IMG/VR virus record: IMGVR_UViG_3300025167_000484
Location: 1-27,726 of that record
Length of the DNA: 27,726 nucleotides
Source of the DNA: a virus
Taxonomy: Duplodnaviria; Caudoviricetes
Direction: 5' to 3' (one strand)
The stretch's first letter is position 1; the number at the start of each line of letters is the position of its first letter. This document shows, one piece after another, positions 17,221 through 24,986 of this stretch. The position numbers were made by a program, and so were the translations under genes. The notes beneath the pieces were generated by a model, which worked only from the letters and a program-made list of their open reading frames with translations, was not told where the DNA came from and did not search any database.

Positions 17221-18156
17221 TTAGGTTATGACACCTGAAAGTAAGTATCCGCAATCATTACAGATTACTTTAGGAACATAGTTATGGACCTCTCTGATCC
17301 AATCCCCTTCACGTTCCTCATCCCTCCAGGATGAAACCTGCATATTACGGCTTGACAATACAAATGTTCTTGCAAGAGTAATGGTATCGGCAGGGTTCAC
17401 ATAAGCAAGGATGCAATTTTTACCCCATACATAAGCCATAGAAGGAGCAAGCCCTTGAACAGCACTATTGTAAATAGCGGGAGCAATTACAACTTCCATA
17501 TCCCAAAGGGTTTTTGGCAATCCACCTTTTGTAAGCATGGTTAGATCCACATATTTCCGTAATTCCTTCACCTGTGGATGATGTGCAAGATACCGCTCAA
17601 CGTGGGGAGGAACCAAAATTACATTTGGAACCCTACCAGTTCTTGCAGTAACAGCTTCCTTCCCAGTGCTTATATCGCTCTCTGGGTCTGAGTTTGTGTA
17701 ATCATCCCAAAGATTTGAAGGAGTAACTATGAAATCAGGAGCAGCAGCAGAAATACCACCAGAAGCACCTGTTAGGAGTGTTGCAACGTCAATCTCCACA
17801 CCAAGCTTTATTTTCTCAGCAAGGAATTTAGTAACATCTGCCTTTAAATTGAATACATTATCAGCATTGTTCATTGCACGGTCAGTTACCATATCCTTCT
17901 GTGCTCTTTCGTATGTTGAATATGTATCTTCATCATACGCTAAAGAAGCTTCCTCAGCAGGAGCACCATCAGCCCGTTTAGGAGCACCAGAGAAGTAACC
18001 ATCTTTCTTATACTTCCTATATATATCAGATTCTTTTGTTACAAAAAAGGAAGGTGCAAGCTTTTCAGCCACAAAAGCGGCATTACTATACTGAACCGCA
18101 ATTTTGGACAAATGCTGATTAGTCTTTATCTTCCCTGTTTGAATTGTTATAGCCAT
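17221..18156 (-). CDS. Major capsid protein (HK97 fold, lambda gpE-like family)
   Basis: 311 aa; LSKIAVQYSNAAFVAEKLAP, WDDYTNSDPESDI, TGRVPN, LAHHPQV, YVWG, CGYLLSGVI; follows scaffold and decoration genes; GGTGGTG RBS. Confidence 0.9.
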   Translation of the reverse strand: MAITIQTGKIKTNQHLSKIAVQYSNAAFVAEKLAPSFFVTKESDIYRKYKKDGYFSGAPKRADGAPAEEASLAYDEDTYSTYERAQKDMVTDRAMNNADNVFNLKADVTKFLAEKIKLGVEIDVATLLTGASGGISAAAPDFIVTPSNLWDDYTNSDPESDISTGKEAVTARTGRVPNVILVPPHVERYLAHHPQVKELRKYVDLTMLTKGGLPKTLWDMEVVIAPAIYNSAVQGLAPSMAYVWGKNCILAYVNPADTITLARTFVLSSRNMQVSSWRDEEREGDWIREVHNYVPKVICNDCGYLLSGVIT

Positions 18157-18175
18157 TCATTTCCACCACCTTTCA

Positions 18176-18805
18176 TTAATTTACTGTATTATTTTTAATA
18201 AATCTATCTTTAACTATTTCAACCTTAAACAACTGTCTTGGCGTAGTTGCAACTTCCTTAGCAAAACCAAGCACAGGTTGATCAATTTGATAATAGAAAT
18301 TCCCACCACCGAAAGCACCTGCATCAACTGACATAAGAACAGTCCCACTTGCTTGTAATACCAAGAAAGAATTTGTCCCTGTCTCTCTTACTGACCCAGG
18401 AACAGCCTTGAAACTAAGTCCTGCATGTGGTATAACATGTGTACCTATATCCCCACCTGCGGCTATAGATGCAATAGCTTGAGATGTATAACCACTACGA
18501 ACAAAACCAGTTGTACCCCCACTATTTGTATAATCCAATATAATAGGATCACCTAAAGCAACCGTGCCATTAAGTGAATTCCTCATATTAATTACGCCTT
18601 CAGTAGCAACAGTAACAAGATTGTTCTGTGTTCCATCATTTGCTAAAATACCCCAAGGTATATCAGCAGCAGTATGACAATATTCAGCAGCTTCAGCAGT
18701 TCCTATAGCAGTTCTAACAACATGGCCTTCAAACCCATAACTTGAAGGAACCCACTTTGCTGATCTATGACCACCTTTATTATCCCCTGTAGAAAACTGT
18801 GGCAT
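18176..18805 (-). CDS. Capsid decoration/cement protein (DUF2190-like) with an inserted segment
   Basis: Immediately upstream of the MCP; PWGILAND...VTVATEG...VALGDPI and C-terminal VLGFAKEVA...FKVEI; AGGGGGTGA RBS. Confidence 0.65.
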   Translation of the reverse strand: MPQFSTGDNKGGHRSAKWVPSSYGFEGHVVRTAIGTAEAAEYCHTAADIPWGILANDGTQNNLVTVATEGVINMRNSLNGTVALGDPIILDYTNSGGTTGFVRSGYTSQAIASIAAGGDIGTHVIPHAGLSFKAVPGSVRETGTNSFLVLQASGTVLMSVDAGAFGGGNFYYQIDQPVLGFAKEVATTPRQLFKVEIVKDRFIKNNTVN

Positions 18806-18832
18806 TAAAAATCACCCCCTTCAATAAATTTT

Positions 18833-19537
18833 TTATAATTCTATTTTACCTTCTTTTGTAAGAACTGAACAAGCTTCTTGATAAGAAAGTTTATTTGTCT
18901 TTGCATATTCTTCTACTTCTTTATCGCTCATATATTTCTTATTAGGGTCTTCATTTTTCTTGTTATGAGCAATTTCTTCAAGATTGACCCTAACTTCTGT
19001 TGGAATAGTTTCAAGAATATCAACCAATACTTCACTTATTGACATATCTGACTTATCATCAAGTTTAATAGTGGCAAACTTTCCATCAACATCTGAAAGC
19101 ATGACCTTTTCTACCTTGGCAATCACTGCGGGCCAAAAACCTTTTTCTACAAGAGCAGAACAAGTATTTTTAACCTTTTCTGTGTGAAGGTCTTTATCCC
19201 TTTCAGCAAGTTTAGCTTCAGCATCAGCCAATTTTTTATTAGTTTCTTCCATTTTCTTTGAATTTTCTTCAGAAAGCTTTTTCTCAACTTCAGCAATAGA
19301 AGCCTTATGAGCATCCTCCATAGCTTTCTTATCCTTTGCAAAAGTATCTGAAAGTTCTTGTAGTTTCTTTTCCATATCCTCTAATCTCTTTTCTTCCGCC
19401 ATATTATCTTCACCCCCCTCTTTTTTCAAATCTTTTGTTTTGAGGTCTCCCCCATCAACCAAAGCAGTTGATTTTTCTTTTAATATATTATCTAAAAATT
19501 GAAAAAATTTAACTTTTTGTTCCTCTAAAATAGCCAT
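18833..19537 (-). CDS. Putative capsid scaffolding protein with a second in-frame start at 19402
   Basis: E/K-rich coiled coil; C-terminal EVEEYAKTNKLSYQEA helix pair typical of scaffold tails; GGGGGTGA SD before both ATG 19537 and ATG 19402. Confidence 0.75.
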   Translation of the reverse strand: MAILEEQKVKFFQFLDNILKEKSTALVDGGDLKTKDLKKEGGEDNMAEEKRLEDMEKKLQELSDTFAKDKKAMEDAHKASIAEVEKKLSEENSKKMEETNKKLADAEAKLAERDKDLHTEKVKNTCSALVEKGFWPAVIAKVEKVMLSDVDGKFATIKLDDKSDMSISEVLVDILETIPTEVRVNLEEIAHNKKNEDPNKKYMSDKEVEEYAKTNKLSYQEACSVLTKEGKIEL

Positions 19538-19560
19538 ACTTCACCCCCTTTATATCAATC

Positions 19561-19576
19561 CTATAATATATTATAG
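19561..19576. promoter_or_regulatory. Perfect 16-bp palindrome containing TATAAT; candidate promoter/operator for scaffold-decoration-MCP
   Basis: CTATAATATATTATAG equals its own reverse complement; lies ~10 nt upstream of the scaffold SD; no good -35. Confidence 0.5.
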
Positions 19577-19636
19577 TACAAAAACCTAAAAAAAATAAAC
19601 TTTTCTTTTAAAAACAAGGAGTTATAACCAAAATCT

Positions 19637-20119
19637 CTATTCAAACCAAGAAAAAGTGCTCCAGGGTAAAAAAACATTGCCAGAAGTTTCAGATTCATGG
19701 ACTATACAAACCCCATTCCCCGGCAAAAGTTCAAATTCCTGTTTAAAATCAATGCTTTGTGGTGGTGAACCATTAGAAAAATTGAAAGTTCTTCTATCAA
19801 CAACATTCCCTAAAGTCAAAGATCCCCCGGCATATATTTGGGCAACTGAATTTGGAGAATTAGGATTATATTTAATTATATTTCCTGTTAAATCAGTAGG
19901 CCCACTGCCGATGCTTGTAAATAAAACTGCTTGAGATATAACTGTAATACTTCCACTTGCGGAAGCACCCATACTTATTTCCAAAATATTTAAGTTTTTA
20001 CCACTGCCTAATGGGTTCCATAAAGCAAGGATATTAGAAAAAAGGGGGACATCTGTCCCCCATCTAAAGGAGCAAGAGTATAAATTTTCTTTCCAAAACG
20101 TGCGTCTTAGGTTTAAAAT
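19637..20119 (-). CDS. Hypothetical beta-rich protein (160 aa), probable non-canonical ATT start
   Basis: Frame open from a stop at 20149-20147; AAGGAG 8 nt before the in-frame ATT at 20119; N-terminus LNLRR matches the upstream gene (MALNLRR). The track start TTG 19984 has no SD. Confidence 0.55.
   Translation of the reverse strand: MLNLRRTFWKENLYSCSFRWGTDVPLFSNILALWNPLGSGKNLNILEISMGASASGSITVISQAVLFTSIGSGPTDLTGNIIKYNPNSPNSVAQIYAGGSLTLGNVVDRRTFNFSNGSPPQSIDFKQEFELLPGNGVCIVHESETSGNVFLPWSTFSWFE
20038..20061 (-). terminator. Intrinsic terminator-like hairpin
   Basis: GGGGGAC-AGAT-GTCCCCC followed by TTTTTT on the minus strand. Confidence 0.7.
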
Positions 20120-20152
20120 ATTAAAAACTCCTTTATTATCAAATAGTTATAT

Positions 20153-20179
20153 AAAATTGGGTTTTTGGCAGAAACCCAA
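20153..20179 (-). terminator. Weaker terminator-like hairpin after the fibre-like gene
   Basis: TTGGGTTT-CTGCCAA-AAACCCAA followed by TTTT on the minus strand. Confidence 0.5.
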
Positions 20180-20203
20180 AAAACTGTGAGATTAAATAGA
20201 AAA

Positions 20204-20872
20204 CTATCCCCCTAAATGTAATTCAACTAACTGATTGTAAGAAATTCCAGCAGCGTCATCAGAAACTAATTCTACATCTAACAAATGCCTTCCATTAGCT
20301 ATTGCAGAAATATCTATTTCCTGTTCTTTTAATTCATAAGTTGTAGCCACCGAAGTCTCATCAGAACCTACTGTAACACCATCAATTTTGTATCTTACTG
20401 TAGCTGTGTAAAGAGCATTATTGCTTTTCATTTCAGTTTTAGTTATTAAAGTAGTTCCTGGAAGATTTGATGCTTTCACAAATCTAAGTGTTTTCTGTAT
20501 ACTTGGAGTAACCCCTGTTACAGAAACTTCAGAATCATCACCAATAACTAAAGAAGTTTTGTGCTTAGAAGACAATTCCGCATCAACAACCCCAGAAGCA
20601 ATTTTAGCCCCAATAACAGCATCATCCGCTATTTCAGTAGAACCTACTGCACCATCCGCTATCTTAGCTGAGGTTACTGCATCAGCAGCAATCTTAGCTG
20701 AGGTTACGGCATCATCAGCCAAATCTGTTGAACCAACTGCTCCAGGAGCTATTTTTCCTGTTACAACTGCATCATCTGCAAGTTTAACTGTAATAACCGC
20801 CCCATCTGCTAATTTGGCAGATGTCACAGACCCGTCAGCTACTTCCCCCACTCGTCTTAAGTTTAAAGCCAT
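20204..20872 (-). CDS. Fibre-like virion protein: 10-aa repeat shaft plus C-terminal beta-rich domain
   Basis: Eight [14 protein letters not shown] repeats. Start moved to ATG 20872 because GTG 20881 lies inside the GGGGGTGA SD. Confidence 0.7.
   Translation of the reverse strand: MALNLRRVGEVADGSVTSAKLADGAVITVKLADDAVVTGKIAPGAVGSTDLADDAVTSAKIAADAVTSAKIADGAVGSTEIADDAVIGAKIASGVVDAELSSKHKTSLVIGDDSEVSVTGVTPSIQKTLRFVKASNLPGTTLITKTEMKSNNALYTATVRYKIDGVTVGSDETSVATTYELKEQEIDISAIANGRHLLDVELVSDDAAGISYNQLVELHLGG
20597..20836 (-). repeat. Eight degenerate 30-bp coding tandem repeats
   Basis: [80 protein letters not shown]. Confidence 0.9.
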
Positions 20873-20891
20873 GAAAATCACCCCCTTTCTA

Positions 20892-21635
20892 TTATAGTAA
20901 GCATTCCATTAATTTACCCATCATTATATTTTGGTAGAATTCTGTAAAATATTGCCTTTTATTTTTGCCATTAGTTTTCATGTGACAACTTCTACATAAA
21001 GTTATAACATTCTCTGGTATATTGTTCTTTTTGTCATAATCTATATGATGTGCATCTAAAGTATTTGATTTATGTTCACAATTTGGGTCTTGACATGTAT
21101 AGTTATCTCTTTCCAATATTTGTTGTTTAAATCCCTTATTGAATTCAGGGGGATATATTTCAAAGGATTTTCCATTTTGCCAATTAGTTGATAATTCACC
21201 AAATCTATGAGTATCATACATAGGATTATTTTCTCCTTTATTTCTTTCAGAATTCCTTCTATTCTCCTCTTCTGTATGTTTTCTACCTATAGCTTTTTCT
21301 CTTATCTTTTGTCTTGTTTCTTCAGATACTATTTTACCATACATGGGATTATTCTCACCTTTTCTTTGCTTAGACCATATTTTTTTAGTTTCTTCTGTAT
21401 ATTTTTTACCTAAATGACTTTCTCTCATTTTTTGTCTTGACTCTTCTGTTCTTTTTTGACCTTTATTTGATTCAGAAGATAATTTGTATTGAACACAACC
21501 GCAAGAGTTTTGTTTTAAACCATTAGTTAATCTTCTTTCAACTTCTTGTAAACAAGCAAGGCATTTAAAAACGGCCCAGGATACTGCATATCCATTTTTA
21601 TCTCTTCTTGTTGGTAAGTTTCTAATTAATTCCAT
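20892..21635 (-). CDS. HNH homing endonuclease with NUMOD3-like repeats; paralog of 10841..11512
   Basis: CLAC/SCGC; [28 protein letters not shown]; [23 protein letters not shown]. Confidence 0.9.
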   Translation of the reverse strand: MELIRNLPTRRDKNGYAVSWAVFKCLACLQEVERRLTNGLKQNSCGCVQYKLSSESNKGQKRTEESRQKMRESHLGKKYTEETKKIWSKQRKGENNPMYGKIVSEETRQKIREKAIGRKHTEEENRRNSERNKGENNPMYDTHRFGELSTNWQNGKSFEIYPPEFNKGFKQQILERDNYTCQDPNCEHKSNTLDAHHIDYDKKNNIPENVITLCRSCHMKTNGKNKRQYFTEFYQNIMMGKLMECLL

Positions 21636-21636
21636 T

Positions 21637-22065
21637 TCAGCGTTTCTCCCAAATTTCTATCAATTGTTGATAAGATGTCCCATATTCTAAATTCTGTAAG
21701 TTAATTTTTATAGAATTAATTCCGTTTAGTAAATCCCCTATATAACAAGTTCCTTCCAACAAAGTAAAAGCTGTTCCAACTGTGGAAAGAACCTTTCTTG
21801 GATTACTTTCTGAATTAATAAAAAATCCTATATTGGTTGTACCTACAGAAGCCATAGCTTCTGCTTTTACAATCAAAGTATTACTTTCCATTTCTGAAGT
21901 ATTCCTAACAAACCTCAATTCCTTCTGTTCAGCCCAAGCTGTCCCTGCATAAGTTACTAAATTATCATCTGCTGTGATGAACCTAGTAATAATACTTTGT
22001 GCTACCCTTGCTTCCAAAAAATCGTAAGAAGCTGCCATAAAAGTTCTTGGTAAGATTATTGCCAT
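21637..22065 (-). CDS. Hypothetical virion protein, paralogous to the C-terminal domain of 20204..20872
   Basis: DDNLV...QKELRFVR...GTSYQQLIEI aligns with DDSEV...QKTLRFVK...[10 protein letters not shown]. Confidence 0.75.
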   Translation of the reverse strand: MAIILPRTFMAASYDFLEARVAQSIITRFITADDNLVTYAGTAWAEQKELRFVRNTSEMESNTLIVKAEAMASVGTTNIGFFINSESNPRKVLSTVGTAFTLLEGTCYIGDLLNGINSIKINLQNLEYGTSYQQLIEIWEKR

Positions 22066-22066
22066 T

Positions 22067-22477
22067 TTATTGTGTTTTTCTACAAATAAATTTTAATCTA
22101 ACCATGCAGTCTTGTTCACCAGTTTTACCCAATCTTTTAATTCTAATTCCTCTTAGAATAAATCCTGTTTGATAAAAAAATAAAGCGTCTCTCTCCTTGC
22201 TAAAGAGATCTTCATCTATCTTGTCAAAAGAAGTAAAATAATGTGCCCCTATAAGATTTAAGGATTCTATCGAATCTTCTGGAATAGGCCATGTATCAAA
22301 TATTTGTATGGAAAAAGAAGAAGGTATATCTGAAAGAATATTTATCCAAAGTTGGTCAATATCTATTACAGGGAAAGCATCTATTTCAACATCACTATAA
22401 GTATTATAATAAAAAGTATCATCCAGAATTAGGTCAAAATAGAAGTATTGCCCCTTTGTTTCAAAACGAGTCTGCAT
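22067..22477 (-). CDS. Hypothetical protein (136 aa)
   Basis: Fills the operon with tight spacing; no recognisable motif. Confidence 0.65.
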   Translation of the reverse strand: MQTRFETKGQYFYFDLILDDTFYYNTYSDVEIDAFPVIDIDQLWINILSDIPSSFSIQIFDTWPIPEDSIESLNLIGAHYFTSFDKIDEDLFSKERDALFFYQTGFILRGIRIKRLGKTGEQDCMVRLKFICRKTQ

Positions 22478-22489
22478 ATTATATATACA

Positions 22490-23011
22490 TTATTTTTTAA
22501 CATAAAATGTTTCAATTTCTGTTACAAGTAAATCTATTATTCTTCTTTCCCACCCTTTTTCATATTTTAAAAGCTTCTCATTCTTTTTCTCAATCTCATC
22601 ATAATAATCTTCACGTTCAAATACAGCTCCAATAGAAACTTTTAAATCAGATTGTAAAGATAGTACTCTAAATGTTTGAGATCCAATTATCCCATCATCC
22701 AACAACCCAAGGTATTTTTGTATAAATTTCTTGGCTGTAGAAACACCACAATTAATAGCTGCATCAAAAGAAACCTTGGCTAACATGGGGTATCCAGCCG
22801 AAACAAGTTTGTCACAATTTGCAGGAATCCAATAATCTTTATAATAAATTTCTTTGGCCTGAGTTATTGTTAAATTTTTAATATCTAAATTTGGATAAGA
22901 TTTTTTACTGACCCCAAATTTTGTTTCCCCACCAGGATCGGAAGGGTCATTTACATAACCACCCTCAACCCCTATTGTAAATTCAAAAGCTTTATCAAAA
23001 CCCTCATTCAT
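22490..23011 (-). CDS. Endolysin, glycoside hydrolase family 108 lysozyme
   Basis: EGGYVNDPSDPGGETKFGVS, AKEIYYKDYW, FDAAINCG, DGIIGSQT, KGWERRI. Confidence 0.95.
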   Translation of the reverse strand: MNEGFDKAFEFTIGVEGGYVNDPSDPGGETKFGVSKKSYPNLDIKNLTITQAKEIYYKDYWIPANCDKLVSAGYPMLAKVSFDAAINCGVSTAKKFIQKYLGLLDDGIIGSQTFRVLSLQSDLKVSIGAVFEREDYYDEIEKKNEKLLKYEKGWERRIIDLLVTEIETFYVKK

Positions 23012-23198
23012 TTACTTTCCTCTCTTGCTCCATGCATGGGGATTTCGTAAGCTCCCCAATGACTACACCCAATGTCTTTATTTGTAAATTTTTAACTTCC
23101 ACATTTTTTGAGAAGTGAAACACAATTAAACCACCAACAATACACCAAACTATGCTTATTAAAAACACATATTTAAGAATCTCTTTAAATTTATCCAT
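23004..23198 (-). CDS. Small single-TM protein upstream of the endolysin (possible lysis accessory)
   Basis: Hydrophobic YVFLISIVWCIVGGLIVFHF; overlaps the endolysin start. Holin or spanin role is unproven. Confidence 0.55.
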   Translation of the reverse strand: MDKFKEILKYVFLISIVWCIVGGLIVFHFSKNVEVKNLQIKTLGVVIGELTKSPCMEQERKVNE

Positions 23199-23995
23199 TA
23201 TTCATTCTCCTCCAATGTTCCAGAATAACTTGCTGCTACATAAGGACCAGCACCACTAACTTCGCAACTTGCTTTAATAACTGAAAGCTGTGGTATTTTC
23301 TTTGGTATATGGAATATTTTATTATATGTGGAATTTTGAAGCATTGCAGTATCAGTAAATAAAAAAACATTTACTATCCTTGTTCCATGTATTGTCGTTG
23401 CTCTTAATCGAACCCTTGCACCATTAGCAGTAGCTAAAGAAGCCCCAGTAGTAGACCATTCATGCAAATAAAAAGTTTTCCCAAAAGGGACCATTCTTTG
23501 ACAACTTAAAGACATATTACCACCAACAGAAATCATATTGTAAACAGCAGCCAATGTTCCATTTGCACATATAGAAATATCCCCTTGAGCAACTGTACCT
23601 GAACCAACTTGTATTGCATGAATAGCATTCACAAATCTTATATTTGTTCCCAAAGCCCTAACCCATGCTGTTCCATTCATATTTACAGTTTCATATTGCT
23701 CATTCCCAATAGCATCTAAATAATCTATTTCTACTTTTTGAATCCCTGTACCAGTTAATCTATCATCATAAGAAGAGGATAAAACCATCATTTGTTCCCC
23801 TCCTGATTGATTAGGCCAAGGCTGTGTAACTGAAGAACCTCTCCATAAATCTGAACCACCAGCAACAACTTGAATAGCATCCCTTTCACCAAAACCTAAA
23901 AATTCTGATATACCTTCTATAGAACCACGAGCTATTTCATCCTCAACAGCATTCGACAAAACCCAATTTTCTTTTCTTCTAATTGTATGGGACAT
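23198..23995 (-). CDS. Hypothetical beta-rich phage protein, probable virion component
   Basis: AGGAG RBS; SSSYDDRLTGTGIQKVEIDYLD...ETVNMNGT resembles a recurrent uncharacterised phage family; seven GT dipeptides. Confidence 0.7.
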   Translation of the reverse strand: MSHTIRRKENWVLSNAVEDEIARGSIEGISEFLGFGERDAIQVVAGGSDLWRGSSVTQPWPNQSGGEQMMVLSSSYDDRLTGTGIQKVEIDYLDAIGNEQYETVNMNGTAWVRALGTNIRFVNAIHAIQVGSGTVAQGDISICANGTLAAVYNMISVGGNMSLSCQRMVPFGKTFYLHEWSTTGASLATANGARVRLRATTIHGTRIVNVFLFTDTAMLQNSTYNKIFHIPKKIPQLSVIKASCEVSGAGPYVAASYSGTLEENE

Positions 23996-24011
23996 GTTTT
24001 AAAACAACTCC

Positions 24012-24962
24012 TTAATAATTAGATTTTACTTCGTTTGGATTATTCATACTTTTTACCCAATCCATATTGTTCATAATTTCATTCATAATTTGTTGCATGT
24101 GAGTTTTAATTATGGACTTAACCATCATTTCCCCATTCTTGGTTTTCATTTCATCCATCATTTCCTGCATGTGTTCTTTCATAACATTCATAATATTTTT
24201 TATCTTTTCTTCATCATGGTTTGCATATTCTTCTAATGCAATCCAAAGTTCTTCTTTTAATTCATTGTTTAAAGTTGAATCTTCATATTTTTGAAATATA
24301 TCCATATCTTCACTAAGGATTATTGGGGCAAGGTCTGTTAAAAATGGGCGATTAGTCAAGGCACCGCCGAAAAGTACATTCTTATATTCTTTCCCAGTTT
24401 CTTTATCAGTATAAGAATCACGATATTCTGGGCTAAAATATTTGAAGCCTTTCTGCTCAATGAGTTCAATCCCCCAAGGGGTCCATTCTATCAAAGCCAA
24501 TAATCTATCACCTTTTATTTTTAACTCCTGAATCCAACCAGTAGCCCCATCAGAGGGTTCATGGGTCTTGTCCAAAGAAATATCCCTCCCCAAAACCCTG
24601 TCTTTCCAATTTTTGATAAAATCACCAAATAACTTAGTTGTGCCTTCTATTATTCCATATTTCGGGTGGGACCATTTACCAATACGAAATATTTCTATCC
24701 AAGAAGACTTTTTCCCTTCTTTTTCTTCCAATTGAATATCAGAAATATCTGTTAAATAATAAAAAGATTTTTCAGGATCTTCTAAATTCTTTTTTACAAC
24801 GGAAGCGGCTTGGCGTATAGCAGAAACTTCACATTCTTTTTGATCCCCACCTTTTTCCACACAACGACTTAAAGCAGAATTGGCAACTTTTACCCACAAA
24901 TCCTTCCCTTTTTTATCAAGACCTTTGTAATGACCATCAACGTCCCCAGAAGTCCAAGGCAT
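24012..24962 (-). CDS. Mu-like prohead protease with a small N-terminal helical domain and a Met-rich tail
   Basis: WIEIFRIGKWSHP, LDKTH, ATGWI, EWTPWG, FKYFSPEY, GGALTNRPFL; start at ATG 24962 from AAGGAG spacing. Confidence 0.9.
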   Translation of the reverse strand: MPWTSGDVDGHYKGLDKKGKDLWVKVANSALSRCVEKGGDQKECEVSAIRQAASVVKKNLEDPEKSFYYLTDISDIQLEEKEGKKSSWIEIFRIGKWSHPKYGIIEGTTKLFGDFIKNWKDRVLGRDISLDKTHEPSDGATGWIQELKIKGDRLLALIEWTPWGIELIEQKGFKYFSPEYRDSYTDKETGKEYKNVLFGGALTNRPFLTDLAPIILSEDMDIFQKYEDSTLNNELKEELWIALEEYANHDEEKIKNIMNVMKEHMQEMMDEMKTKNGEMMVKSIIKTHMQQIMNEIMNNMDWVKSMNNPNEVKSNY

Positions 24963-24986
24963 GTTTATCAAACTCCTTTTTAAATG

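Noticed and set aside
17221-18805. Visibly higher GC in the MCP/decoration genes than in the glycan cluster, as a sign of recent transfer
   Set aside because: Explainable by Ala/Gly-rich composition; other head genes are also AT-rich, and I did not compute it rigorously.
13328-19341. Nested alternative-frame minus-strand ORFs 13328..13555 and 19147..19341
   Set aside because: Fully inside better-supported genes, with no motif and no lipobox suggesting an embedded spanin.
20597-20836. 30-bp periodicity as a possible CRISPR array or DGR repeat
   Set aside because: The repeats are degenerate, in frame and spacer-free; no cas or reverse transcriptase gene is present.
18157-20890. GGGGGTGA/GGTGGTG SD motifs as evidence of an archaeal host
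   Set aside because: They are also compatible with bacterial anti-SD pairing; the GH108 endolysin and the -35/-10 promoter point to bacteria.
3176-21635. HNH genes as group I intron or intein cargo
   Set aside because: Flanking genes look complete and spacers are only about 1-30 nt, leaving no room for intron structure; no intein motifs seen.
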